A stretch of DNA of 61,366 nt, the filler included, from Hausera hauseri (lineage: Eukaryota): the NCBI GenBank assembly GCA_046269625.1. It is 11 parts of 11 records of this genome, joined end to end, with 100 filler letters (N's around TTAATTAATTAA, not from the genome) between each part and the next. Parts side by side here need not be neighbours in the genome. Positions count along the whole stretch, not along the records: positions 9,440 to 14,260 come from JBJURY010424365.1; positions 14,361 to 19,817 come from JBJURY010250736.1; positions 19,918 to 24,523 come from JBJURY010508018.1; 8 more parts are not named here. One strand, given 5' to 3'. Below, piece after piece: positions 11,817-24,623 of this stretch. The translations under genes were made by a program, and so were the position numbers. The notes below the pieces were generated by a model. That model ran no database searches, was not told where the DNA came from, and worked only from the letters and a program-made list of their open reading frames with translations. Every line of letters begins with the position of its first letter. Positions within the stretch are counted from its first letter, which is position 1.

Positions 11817-14260
11817 CTAAACGTATGATATTGGTCTAGCAATTATTGAGGAAGTTTTCGTCTCACGTTGGCGTAAATTGTACCGTTTATTGGGCCGTAT
11901 CTCCGTGTTGACAACTCTTTGTTCTGATACGACTTCTTCCTTTCCATTCTTGTTAATGTATACTGTGGTTGGCGTAGCTCTGGTAACTTCGTACGGTCCT
12001 CGGCCTGTACGGGTCAATTTTAATGATGTGCCTTTCTGGCTACTGGGTAATGTATATAAACCCAATTTTCTTCTTCTAAATCATGCGGTTTCGTTTTCTT
12101 ATCATATTACTTTTCAAACTGTTCCTCATATTCTTGAGATAACTCCTTGGGGATTTCCCAACATTTTTGTAATCGCATCTGTAGCACTTCTGCAAAATTC
12201 TGTTCTAAATCTTCGGGCTTCACTGTGTATGGCGTCATTCCTAAGTCTGTAGGCAGCACGGCTTCACGTTTATACATGATAAAAATGGTGTAAATCCTGT
12301 TGCGTGATTCTGAGTGGTATTAATTGCAAATTGAGTTCGTTCTAAAAATTTTTCCCAATCTTTTTGGTCATTGGCTACTACTGTTGAGAGTATGCGTATG
12401 ACGGTTGCATTCATTCGTTCAACCATTCCATTACACTGTGGGTGATACGCGGTAGTTGTTAATCGTTCGACTTCAAATATCCTGGTAATCTTCTCGAAAA
12501 GTTTACTAGTAAAATTTCTTCCTCGATCCGTTAATATTTGGTCTGGTGGTTCAAATGGACAAATGATTCTTCTTACTACCGCTTCGGCCAATGTTTCTGC
12601 CTTTTGATCAATTAACATTATTAATTCGACACAATGAGTTAATAGATCAATACAAGTTAAGATATACTTATTGTTCTTGTGGGTCGTAGGAAGAGGCCCT
12701 CCGATATCCATTGACATGGCTTGCATATGCCTAGCCGACACATTGATTGGTTTTTATTCGGCCATGTAGTTTTTCGTCTTCTTTTGTTTAGTTGCACATA
12801 CTTCACAAGCTTTTACCCAATTCTTTACATCAATATAGATACTAGGCCAAAAGTATTTATTCAATATTCTTTCTAATGTTTTCTTCCAGGACATGTGTCC
12901 TGCTAAATATGAATCATGTTCCGACATTAGCACTTCGGTTTGTAAACCTTTTGGAATAACTATCAGTTTCCTTCCTTTCCGTTCGTAATATAAAATACCC
13001 TCATTGCTCTTGTCATTTAGGACGCAGTATTTTTGTCCATGTCTGTATAAATGTTTCTTTAATTGTCGTCCCTTTGGTATGATATCCTTTTTAGGAAATT
13101 CTATAATCTTCTGAATGACTTTCTTTTTTCTTTGTTCTGTGGAAATTTTAATTGCTTTATCCATCGTTAAGATGCGTTGGCGATATATTATTTCTTTAAG
13201 TTTACTTTTCTTCATTATCATGATTACGCTTGTTTTGGTCTTTAATCTTGATAGTGCATTGGCATATACATGTTTATTTCCTGGTTTATACTGGAATTCG
13301 ATATTGTATATAGAGATTTCTTTGATCCATCTGTTAAGTCTACATGTCAAGTTATTTGCTCGGATTTTTAAATTCGCGACGGTTTTGTGATCAGTGACAA
13401 TTATAATTTTCTGCCTGTATACGTAAACGTTGAAATGTCGAAGTGCTTCTTTTACGGCTACAGTTTCTAATTCGGTAACAGAATAATTTTTCTCGGCCTT
13501 CTTTAAAGAACGTCCTCCATAAGCAATTGGGTGTTCTAATTCTTCATCTCTTCTATGCGCTAATTCATATCCAATGCCTTCTTTACTGGCGTCTGTCTTG
13601 ATTATAAAGGGTAAGTTAAAGTATGGGTACCGTAAAACAGGTTCGCTTGTTAATATCTTCATCTCGTCGAAGGCTTTCTGTTCGACGTCTGACCATTTCA
13701 ATTTAATTCCTTTTTTAAGCAAGCGATATAAAGGTGCATTAATTTTTAAATTATCTGGCACATAGATGGCGTAATATCCGCAGAGTCCTAGCCAGTGCCT
13801 TAACTCTTTCTGGTTTTGTGGTTTCATGCAATCTGATTTTCTGTTTAATAACGATTTATCTGGTTTCAATCCTCCCTCTCTAACTATATGGCCAAGATAG
13901 GATACTGAATTCTGAGCCCATTTACATTTCTTTGGAATTAATTTCAATCCGGCTTGTTCCAAACGAATCAGCGTGTGTTCAATATCCTTTAAGTGTTCCT
14001 TTACTGTCTTTGACGCTATCATTACGTCATCCAAGTATGCAAAAGCATGATCCAGTCCCATTAGAATTCTATTCATCATTCTTGTAAAGATGGCTGGTCC
14101 GGTAGTAATACCGAATGGCATGACATTAAATTCATAGACGTTATCATGTGTCTTAAACGCCGTTTTTTATCTTTCTTCGTCCTTCATTTCTACTTGCCAA
14201 TATCCGAATTGTAAATCCAGAGTGGTAAACCATTTTGCTCCTGAGAGTCTGTCTAAAACC
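11817..14260 (-). pseudogene. pol: Gypsy pol (RT-RNase H-integrase-GPY)
   Basis: ORFs 12754-14121, 12241-12741 and 11817-12065 with canonical motifs, separated by stops and frameshifts. Confidence 0.92.
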
Positions 14261-14360
14261 NNNNNNNNNNNNNNNNNNNNNNNNNNNNNNNNNNNNNNNN
14301 NNNNTTAATTAATTAANNNNNNNNNNNNNNNNNNNNNNNNNNNNNNNNNNNNNNNNNNNN

Positions 14361-15050
14361 AATTTCAGAAATTATGAAATGGGATGTGTTTAGAATTCTT
14401 GGATAATCACTTGTATTATTGTGCTTGAGTTTTGCAAATGGTGCAGGAATTTGAAAGATTGTGTAGGACGTGAAAAGTTGTTAATGTTAATTAACAATTG
14501 TTTTTGATATTGATTGGCAAGAAATCATGAAAAAGGGATGTACCTCAACTACCGTGAGGAGTGCGTGTATTTGGATTGGCAGAGCTGAAAGGAAGTAACG
14601 TCGGAGAAGATTGGCTTTATTTTGTTGGTTTACTCCCAAAGAATTCAATTGTGATAGTGATGTGCATAGGAATTCAATAGGTTTTTGCTGCTCAAGAGCG
14701 TTCTCATTAAAATATTTTTGAATTATAGAGTCCAGAGAAGGCTCAGTTGCTTTAGTCTCAGCGTCCAATAGAGATTTGTAGGGGTCGAAGTAATTTTATA
14801 TTGGACGGCAGATGAATCAGCAAACTGTTGGCTTTTTGAAAGGAATCGGTGATTTTATGTGAGACTAGCCACTTTGCGTGGAAGTCTAGCCATGTTCTAC
14901 TAGAATTATGACTATCGAGAAAGAATTCAACGCAATAAAAGTGTGAAAAAGAGGAAGGAGTTGGCGACGCGAATGTTATGTTTGGCGACTTTTTAATCTC
15001 GTCAGAGTTTGGGTCAGAGACACCATGAGGTTTAGGCTAAAACGTGATAC
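14361..15050 (-). pseudogene. gag: Gypsy gag fragment
   Basis: DPYKSLLDA..QKPIEFL..LLRRYFLSALPIQIHALL helical Gag pattern; many stops. Confidence 0.6.
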
Positions 15051-15429
15051 AAATAGATGAAGAGGGATGCAAAAGAAAGTTGTACAGACGATCATATATG
15101 TTATTTTGCTATTCCTTAATGAATAAATCCCGATAAAATTTCGCCAATTCCTCGTAGAACATATCTGTATGTTTCTTGAAATGTTTGAAAAATAATTTTG
15201 AATAATCCCACGGTTAGATTTCCTTTTATACTGCTTGTTACACGTCGACCAAAATATTTGGAACGTATCGTAATTACAAATATAATTGAGGCAAACTCTG
15301 TTAAAAATGGCGAAGACGAAATTTCAAAATTGTGTATTAATTAAACAAACAATTCTTTTCCTGAAATCATAAAATTTTTTCAACATCACTAATTCACAAA
15401 CAACCGCAAATTCAAAATCCTGCAAATTA

Positions 15430-15872
15430 AACAACCGTTTAAAATATCAAACAATTGGGGATCATCCGATTCTAGAGCAAGTTCGCAGGCATCTTCCTCA
15501 AAATTATTCTTCATCATTACATCAACATCAGTCTCATTGATGAGATAGAGCGACTGACAAATGCCGTTTCTCGATGGCCCACAACAAAAAATGATAAACT
15601 AACGAATCCATATCCATATATCCGTTACAGCAGGCAATCTGTAGTGATGTGTGACCGGCGGCTGATTGGTGATCAACGTTAATGTCAGGAAATGAATGCA
15701 GTAAATGTTGTACGACAAGCAAATTTCCATTTTCTTCAGCATAATGCAATGTAGTCATTCCAATTTCGTCGGGTATAAATGGGCTGCTTTTATAATATTC
15801 AATTTCGATGGCGTAGTTTTCTTTTACCGCACGAATAAAACGCAATCCTGCTTCTTTTTGTTCTGACGACAT
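15430..15872 (-). pseudogene. Ankyrin-repeat gene fragment
   Basis: GMTTLHYAEENGNLLVVQHLL, GHTSLQIACCNGYMD, LLWAIEKRHLSV; continues after a frameshift. Confidence 0.75.
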
Positions 15873-16029
15873 ATTTCCGCATCCATCTTTTTCGACATCA
15901 GAATAATAATCATCATTTTCAAAGCGTCTTTTTTTCGGTATTCATGAGAATCTTTTGAGAATAAAATTAAATAAAAAAAATTGTATGAAACAGAATTAAT
16001 ATAATGATGATATAAAAATTGAATTTATA

Positions 16030-16766
16030 AGTTTTTCTTTTGACTAAACAAACTTCCAAATGATTGAAAATTGCCGAAATATCTTCTTCATGGAAATCCA
16101 TGAAATTGTCACCATTTGATTACTGAGAGAATTATTTAATCTGACATTTGTGATTCTAATGGGTTGCTTTTCTGTATAAAATATTTGAAATTGTGGTCTA
16201 CCAAACTTTTCATTATTTTGTTTTTATTCTTAATTCTGGTCTGACTGTGACGTTATAAACCTTGTTCGTGTTCAATTCATTTAATAACAAGTTTGTATTG
16301 TTTGTTGTATTTCACGAGAGTTTCTACCAGAGATTTTGTAACTAACGGTGAAGTAATTAGAACAGTTCCGGAGAACCTCGAAAGTCTATGAAACATTAAC
16401 ATGGTGATTAAATCCACTTTCGATGGAATTTAATTTGAAATCTTTAAAATCTGGTAGCAATGTTGATTCACATGACACCTTTGATTTAGAAGAATTTCTG
16501 AGAATGTTTGGAGCAAAAATTGTGAAGCAGTATGTAGTACATGACTTCAAATTTTCAAATGTTACAAATAAATCTTTCGTTGTCTTGAAATTCGCCAATG
16601 TTTTTCAAAATACAATTTTCATCTTTAGGCCTGATGAATGAATCAGGTTTTGGATAACGGATAACAAAAGGTTGAGTATTTTGTACAGATGAACTGACTG
16701 AATCGATTGATACAGATTTGGAAATAATGTAAAACTTTCTTCTGTTTATGTGTGAGTAGGTCATAT
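16030..16766 (-). pseudogene. Fibronectin type III repeat gene fragment (host receptor-like)
   Basis: FVTFENLKSCTTYCFTIFA tyrosine-corner motif in 16386-16598; disrupted; bounded by a Gypsy LTR at 16767. Confidence 0.55.
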
Positions 16767-16883
16767 TGTGACATTTTTGCGGCGGGAGATCGAACCCGAA
16801 TATGGATCCGACCAGGCGACAACGGACGCCCAACCGTGTCCAAACAGATGGGCCAAAGAGCACCGGCCGCGGTAGACACCACA
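16767..16883 (-). repeat. Candidate short 3' LTR (TGTG...CACA) of the adjacent Gypsy element
   Basis: Minus strand reads polypurine tract GGGGGCAAGTGA (16884-16895), then TGTGGTG...TGTCACA; GC-richer than flanks. Confidence 0.55.
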
Positions 16884-17003
16884 TCACTTGCCCCCGTGGC
16901 AAGTTTAAAACTATTAAGGGTAAAAGGGACAGAAAGAAGAAACCGCTAAACAAAAAGTGTTTGTGTCAGTTGGTCTTAGTGTGAACAAGACATTGAATGC
17001 CTT

Positions 17004-19817
17004 CTACTGATTTTTCCCTGTATACATGCTAAATGTGACTCTACGTGGTTTGTCTGTATGTGGTGTGTTTGCTTGCAGAGTTTGAAGTTGTGGAAAATTG
17101 TTGGATTTTGATGAAAGTGTTGTATCGTGCAAAGACGAGTTAGAATGAAGAGAAGGATAAGGTGAAGGAGGAAAAAAGATTGATGGAGACGGATAGTTAA
17201 AGGTATTCAGGAGAGTGTTAAAAGAAGAAGGAATGATAAAAGGTGCAGTGGCGGATGAAGGAAGAGGGACAAAAATAGGAGTAGAAGTAGGAATTATATT
17301 AAGGCGAAAGAAAAGTAGAAAATGAAATACGGGGAGTGGTAGAGATAGGAAGAGCGATAGGAATAAAAGTAAAAGGTGTGGAAGATGATGAAACGGTACT
17401 AGGAGCAGAAGGAGGAGGTGAAACTGGTGTAACAACAGATATAGGAACAGCAGGAAGTGTAGGTGTGAGAAAAGAGGTTGACGTGTCGATTGGTGAAGTG
17501 TCGTCGACAAAGAAGGTGGGCTTTAAGTTGGTGATATGCACTGTAAGTTTTTTGCCGTCTTTAGAAATAATAGCGTTATGTGAATGCAGCTGTATCAATT
17601 TATAGCGCCCCAGATACCGCGGCTGAAAACCGCACGGTGTCTGATTTTTTAGCCATACAAATCTTGCAGAATACAAATCTTCGGGTAAATATGTTTTGTC
17701 TTTATGAAGTAACATGCAGAACGAATCTTTGCTGACCGTAACGAAGTGATTTGTGCCACCCATATCATTTCATCTTTAGAAGTGCCGTCTAGGGCAGTTA
17801 GTTCGAATAATGATCGTACATGAGCTCCGAATAAGGCTTCAATAGGTGAGCATCCCGTAGCCAAGCAGAACAAACGGAAGAAGATTCGTCCAACTAGTGT
17901 TGGACTCTGCAAGAATTCTTAGTGACGTTTTCCATGTTCGGTGGAAACATTCTAAAAGGTCATTCGGTTGGGGGTGATAAGGTGTAGTATGTATGTGATG
18001 GATCCCCAATCGGTTAACAAGAGATTTTAACAGGTTGGATTCAAACTGTGGACCCTGGTCCGTGATGATGAAACAAGGTGACCCAAACCTGCTAATCTAT
18101 GTACGGATGAAAACGTCAGCTATAGTGCCGGTATTAGTGCTCCGCAGAGGGATGGCTCCTGGTCATCGCGAAAAACGGTCCATCATGGTGAGAATAAATT
18201 GATGGCCGTTGTCTGGAGGAAGAGGGCCAACAATGTCGATATGCACGGATTCGAAACGCGACGTATAGGGGAAGTGGAATAGTGGTGGCTTTAAATGCTT
18301 AGTTGTTTTATACTTTTGGCAATCCACACACTCCTTAAACTATGCCTGCACATAAGAACGCATTGACGGTCAAACTACTTGTCTGTGGAGTAAACGAAAA
18401 GTGGCTTTAGCACCAGAGTGGTGTAGCGAATATACACTATTAAATGCTTGCCTTTGCAACGGTGGTGAAAGGATTATTAAGGATTGACCTGGTTTGGAAG
18501 TGTCTAAAACCAAGCGGTCAACGATTATGCAAGACTTGAAAGAATTAAGCATGTCCTGAGGTGGCTGGTTCTGTTGAAGTTTGGCTTTCGTAAAAATTGG
18601 TAAAAAATTAATCGAAATAACTGACCGAGATAAAAAATCGACAACCAAGTTATTAACCCCGTTAATATGTTTTATGTAGAAGTTAAATGTCGACAAGTAT
18701 GATATCTGTCGTTCTTAGCGTGTGGAAGGATGTTTCATAATCATGATATTAAGTAAGGGTTTGTGATTGGTCTATATGGTAACTTGGCGCGCGACAAGTA
18801 GGTGGGAGAAATGCTTTAAAGCAAGAACGATGGTCAATAATTCTCGATCGAACGTTGAGTATCTAGTTTCAGGGGAAGTTAGCTTACGAGACAAAAATTC
18901 TAGTGGTTGATTTTTTCCCTTGTAGATCTGGTGGAGTACAGCATCTACTGCAGTGATTGAAGCGTCTGTAGTAAGGATGAGTTTTGCATCAGACTTGGTG
19001 AAAACTAGAATGTCGACGGTTTTAATTCCTTCGTGTAGCTTATTAAACTTGCCAACAAGTTCAGGTGTCCATTGGATTGGCTGATGTTTTTTGCCACTGT
19101 TTAAATTTGCGAATGGTGATTCAATGGTCAATTCAGAGCAATATGGTGCATATTTATGTATAAAGTGTAGTGTACCAAAGAAGCTGCGCATTTTTGTGGT
19201 CGTACGTGGTAACTGGATATTTTTAAGTGCTTCAACTCTGTCTGGTTGATGAGAGTAGCCGTCTGGTGAAATAACGTGGCCTAAAAAGTTGATGTGCTTT
19301 TTGAAAAAATGGCATTTGCCGAAATTGATTTGTAGGTTATGGTGGTTAAGGCGTTGGAATATTGCGCAAAGGTGTTCCTCGTGTTGTTTGGTCGAAGACA
19401 AAACGATCAGAATATCATCAATGTAAGGGTGCGCAAACGAAAAATCTGATCGAATCAAATCAATATGTGGCTGAAAGGTCTGTGTTGTATTTCGCAAACC
19501 GAAAGGCATAAACAAATACTGGTAAAGGCCAAAAGGTGTAGTGACAGCAGTTTTTTCTATGTCTTCTGGTGCCACCGGTATTTGGTGGTATGCTTTGGCC
19601 AAATCGATGGTCGAATAAATGATAATTAAATTAAGGCGATGCTGGATGTCCTTGATGAGTGGAAGAGGGTACTCATCAATGATGGTTAAGTTGTTCATCT
19701 GTCGGTAGTCACCGCGTGGTCTAAAAGTACAGTCGTTTTTTGTACAACATGTAAAGGTGACAACCGAGGAGATTTAGAACGGCGTACAATACCGGAGCGT
19801 TCTGGTTCAAGAAATTC
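17004..19817 (-). mobile_element. pol: Ty3/Gypsy pol, decayed (RT-RNase H-integrase-P/S/T-rich tail)
   Basis: IDLAKAYHQIP, TPFGLY, MPFGLRN, YIDD, TTDAS, YSTFDRELL, HIDIVGPLP, ITDQGPQFES, PRYLGRY. Confidence 0.92.
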
Positions 19818-19917
19818 NNNNNNNNNNNNNNNNNNNNNNNNNNNNNNNNNNNNNNNNNNNNTTAATTAATTAANNNNNNNNNNNNNNNNNNNNNNNNNNN
19901 NNNNNNNNNNNNNNNNN

Positions 19918-22900
19918 GCGGTGCATATTACATACAGTTCTATTATGATCCCAAACGTCATTTGAGTCACTTCGCATCAAAATCAAAAAAAGCCATTTAT
20001 AATAAGCAACATAATATTGATGCATCTGCTTCGCAGTATGATGCTTCCAGTATTCAGCCTCGCATTATGCTTCTGGATTTGATGCAGCAAATGCGAAGCA
20101 TATTAGAGAATTTAAACGCGCAGCCGCATCATGCGCAGCAGCACCATGCACAGCAGCATCAGGCACGGCCACATCAGACACACTGGCTCCATCAAAAAGC
20201 CAAAGACGGCGGTCAGTTGATGCGGCAGCATTAAAGAGAAAATGTCGCAGATATGATATTGAGGAAACTGGTCAAACAACCTTCCATGACTTCCTCTTAT
20301 ACATAAAGGACGAGACAAAGAGATTTCTTCAGGGTAACATGGCTGAGCTCAAAGCCCTTAAGGTGAATATGAAACTGGAGGCTACATAAATAAATGTTGA
20401 TAGCGAAGAATCCAATAAGGCCTTCAAGACCAAAAATAGGCCCATATTGGAAAACACCAATATATCAGAATGGATGCAAGCGGCGCACGAGAAGGTGATC
20501 CGTGAAGCCGGGGAGAGCCAGGATAAGAAGGGCTGGTGCACTCTGGAAACGATCAAGAGATTGTTTGTATATGTTCACAAGTACTCTTCCATGCGTGGAA
20601 GTTCATATATTCAGCTCCCTGATTGGATCGCTAACAAAAAAACATGTGTCAATGTCCATAATAACGACAACATGTGTTTCATGTATGCAATTCTATGAAA
20701 ACTGGTAACGGATCAAAATCATGCTTCACGAGTTGGGCTATATAAAGATATGCAGCACAACTATGACTTCAAATGTATCAAGTTCCCTCCATCCATAGAT
20801 GAAGTTAAAAAATTTGGAAAAGTCAACAACATATCCATCAATATTTTTGGATTGGATGATGAGGACAAATTTAATTCCCATGCAGATATGAAATACTGAA
20901 TTGGAAGATCATAAAGATTTGCTCCTACTAGACGACGGAAAAAAAACATGTTTGGATCAAAGACTTTGAGCGTTTAATAAGATCACAAACTACGAAACAT
21001 CATGGAGAAAGAAATATACAAACGATACTTGCCCCATTTCAGCGGCGATGTAGCAGTATTGAAGCTTGCAGAGCAAAAGATGTACTGCAACAAAAATTAT
21101 CGTATCAGATCAGAATTTACCAAGGATGACTACATTGAATTCAAGGGGTTCTAGAAGGAGATCAAGGTCCCAATATTTATCTATTGCGACTTTGAGGCTA
21201 TTCTGCGTCAAGTTCAGAGTTTCATTCCTTATCCACAACATAGCAGCACAACAACATCCCAATATCATGAGCTCTCATCATACCGCATGTGTGCCAAAGA
21301 CCTGGACAGTGTACCATATCTATTCATGGGTCCAGGCGCAGAACCTCATTTCATGAAGCGACTTGAAAACATAGCTCATAGGCTTGGAGATATGTTGCAG
21401 CAGCATAAGGATAACATGAGCATGTCAAAGCAACAAGAAGAATAGCGCAAGGCAACAGCATGTTATATGTGTGACAAGTCCTTCACTAATGAGAATTATA
21501 AAGTCAGGGATCGCTGCCATTTTACAGACACATATCGAGGCGCGGCATGCAACAACTGCAATCTACGATGAAAAACATGTACATATGTGCCTGTAGGGTT
21601 CCATAATCTCAGTGGCTATGATTTCTACTTCATTGTTTGGGAATTGGGAAACATAGAAGGAAACATTTTTGTTATTCCTAATAGTGAGGAAAAGTATGCC
21701 ACATTTACGAAGCATGTTTGGAAAATCAGGCTCCGTATCGTAGCAGCTCCCGTTTCATGTCGTCTTCACTTGACAGTTTAGTGAAGAACCTCCCTGCAGA
21801 AGAACTCAAGGAGAGGAAGCTATTCTTCCCTACTACATTTGACCTAGTCAAGAGGAAATGTGTGTTTCCCTATGACTATAACATCATGGGAAACACTGGA
21901 TTAGACCTCATTGCCGCCCAAGAAGGACTTTTACAATATCCTCTCAGATAGCGATATCAGTGTTATGGACTCTCAGCATGCTTAGAACGTCTGGTATGCA
22001 TTCCAATGTCGAACAATAGGAGAATTCAGCGATATATACCTCAAGATCGACGTACTGCTGCTCACGGATGTCTTTCAGAGTTTCAGGGATGTTACGATGA
22101 AGAGCTATGCACATTTCGTTACGGCTCAAGGGATGAGATTGGAAGATATATAAGCTGAGATATACAGGTGTCCGGCTGCAGATCATAAAGGATTATGACA
22201 TGATCCTCATGATTGAGAGAAGCATTAGAGGCGGAATATGCCAGGCCATTCACCGCTATAGCGAGGCCAACAACATGTATATGGCCCAGTACGATCCAGC
22301 AAAAGCATCCTCATATATATCATACCTAGATGCCAACAACCTATTTGGTTGGGCAATAAGCGCCACATTGCCATATGTTGACTTCAAGTGGGTGGAACAT
22401 CCTGAAAACATTCCTATACTTGACCTGGATTCCATAGGAGATACGCGCTACATACTGTAGTTGAATATGGACTATCCGGCATCCATCAACACAAGGCATG
22501 AACAGTAGCCTTTCCGCCCTGATAGCAAGCCTCCGCCCCATGGAAAGCATAGAAAGCTGCTCTGCCATCTGGATAGTAGGGAGAGATATGTAGTCCACTA
22601 CACAGATCTCCAGCAGGCGGTTTAAAAATGGACTCCGCATTGCTAAGATTCATCGAGCCTGCAGTTCAGTCAGTCCATGTGGCTGTAGCCCTACATAGAT
22701 CTTAATACGAAGCTGAGGGCTAATGCCAAAAACGATTTCGAAAAAGATCAATTTAAACTGTATAAAAACAGCGTTTTTGGAAAGGCGATGGAGAATATCC
22801 GCAACAGGATTAACATCGAGTTGGTGTGTGAGTGGAAGCTGACAAAGATGATCATTGCCAAGCCCAATGTCCACAGCAGCACCACATATATACGGAGAAC

Positions 22901-23516
22901 TTGTTCATTATTCATATGCTGAAAACATCCTTCTAATTCAATAAGCCCATATGTGGGTATAGCAATACTAGATCAAAGACCTTGATGTACAAATTCCATT
23001 ACGGCATCATAGTCCCCACATTCAAGTGCATACAGCTGATGTACATGGATATTGACAGTTTCATCTATCAGATCCATACGGAGGACATTTATGAGGACTT
23101 TGCTAAATTAGCTCAGCATATGGATACATCTAACTATCCCAAAGAGCATCCCAACTATTCAATTACCACAAGAAATTACTTGGGAAATTCAAACCCGAGG
23201 TGAATGGGGCAATCATCGAGCGATTTGTAGCTCTTAGGTCCAAAATATATGCAATTTATGTATGTGGCCAATTAAAGAAGCGGGCTAATGGAGTTAAAAG
23301 AGCGACCTTAGCCAAGAAGATGAGCTTCAATGACTATGTTAGAGTTCTGCATGAACAAACTTACATCATACAGAGATGTAAAGGATCCAGTCTAAGGCTC
23401 ATAAGATTCAGATAGTAACATTGCAGAAGAAAAGCCTAAATTGGATGAATGACAAGAGGCAGATCCTGGGCGATGAAATAAGCACACTACCTCACGGGCA
23501 TTCTGAATTAATGTAA
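19918..23516 (+). pseudogene. Protein-primed family B DNA polymerase
   Basis: RGSSYIQLPDWIANKK, IYCDFE, FHNLSGYD, IRGGICQ..YLDANNLFGWA, YMDIDS, FVALRSK, KKRANGV; homologous to 37-3866. Confidence 0.9.
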
Positions 23517-23592
23517 ATAGCTTTGAATTTGTTATGATGTGTTGTAATTTTGTATTAATAAATCTTATAAAAATATCGTGTTGCCTTCTTGA

Positions 23593-24201
23593 TCAAGTAT
23601 TATGGGATATAGGATAAGGCCAAGGAACTAAATCAATAAATTTGAAAATCAAATAAAAAATCAATGCTGTGTCATTTACTTGCATTTGTCTGTCATTATC
23701 TCTAAATGGCAAAAATATGTCCAATGTGTCTGCAGATGGTAAAAACATGATGTGTATGGCAACTTTCGACGCACATGCATTTTGAGGGTCTTCAGAAATG
23801 ACCATGTCGCAAAATATCATGACCAATATGCAGGACATATTGCGATTATGACGTTATACAATATGCAGAAGATCAGTGTCGGTACGTGTCGTGGGTAGGG
23901 TGCCTGATAAAGATGTCTGGCATAAAGCAATCTTTGCAAAACTAGGTTTTATATTTTTCCCACGTCAGTTTGTGATGATGTTGAGTCAAATAGGCATTTG
24001 TTGTTTGTGCCTTGTTTGTGCAACAATGTATTGTAAGTCTAAAATAGCATATATTGCATGTACTATACTAAAATTTACTTATGCAAATACATAATGTAGT
24101 GGATTAAACATATCCACTGGCATTATACACAGCTCCTTTATGATGTATTCATTATTATTATTATCCACAAATCCCTCCAAGTCAATAAAGAGGACAGCCA
24201 T
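23593..24201 (-). pseudogene. Polinton-associated small DEDD/DnaQ-like nuclease-fold gene
   Basis: MAVLFIDLEGFVD...YIIKELCI...LHYVF N-terminal pattern; remainder disrupted. Confidence 0.55.
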
Positions 24202-24244
24202 TATTTCAACAAAATTTATTAACACAACAACGTTTATAACAATT

Positions 24245-24523
24245 TTATATACATTGAGGTCTAAGCCAGTCCACACAATAATTCACACGTAGAAATGTCA
24301 ATGGATGTTGATACATAATGTCATTGTGTGTGACGGGTTGCCTCATACGTTCCAATTTTATCACCAAGGCTGATGGGTAATACATCCCAAGTGGATCAAA
24401 CACTTGAATATGATCTGGTGATATATGTATTGCTATCCAGTGTTCGCCTGGTAAATTAGCAGAATGTGTATTAATCACATATCCTCCATTGAGTAGATAG
24501 TCTGAAACTTTATTCAAAGGATA
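24245..24523 (-). pseudogene. Adenain-like (adenovirus-type) cysteine maturation protease
   Basis: YVINTH..PGEHWIAI..VFDPLG..YQHP; the expected CGxYC reads RVNYC, so the catalytic Cys is lost. Confidence 0.8.
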
Positions 24524-24623
24524 NNNNNNNNNNNNNNNNNNNNNNNNNNNNNNNNNNNNNNNNNNNNTTAATTAATTAANNNNNNNNNNNNNNNNNNNNN
24601 NNNNNNNNNNNNNNNNNNNNNNN

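Larger units (their letters stand above)
9440..14260 (-). mobile_element. Ty3/Gypsy LTR retrotransposon with pol-fused accessory cargo, element A (both ends cut by contig)
   Basis: RT (LDLQFGYWQ, MPFG, YLDD), RNase H (TDASKEGIG, YSVTELE, TDHK), integrase (HD..AGH..CEVC; DIGGPLP; ILTDRG; NGMVERMN; GPY), then 2.4 kb of further coding sequence. Confidence 0.93.
19918..24523. mobile_element. Decayed Polinton/Maverick (adintovirus-like) element fragment, copy 2
   Basis: pPolB on +, with convergent DEDD-like and adenain-like genes on -. Confidence 0.88.

Noticed and set aside
17004-17510. 168-aa Leu/His-rich ORF (and similar ORFs at 50734-51226) as extra membrane genes
   Set aside because: Alternative frames of the low-complexity P/S/T-rich integrase tail.
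1-24523. Alternative nuclear genetic code as an explanation for the many in-frame stops
   Set aside because: TAA, TAG and TGA all occur at positions of different residues (W, C, Y, K) together with frameshifts, which is ordinary pseudogene decay. Only the mtDNA shows consistent TGA=Trp.
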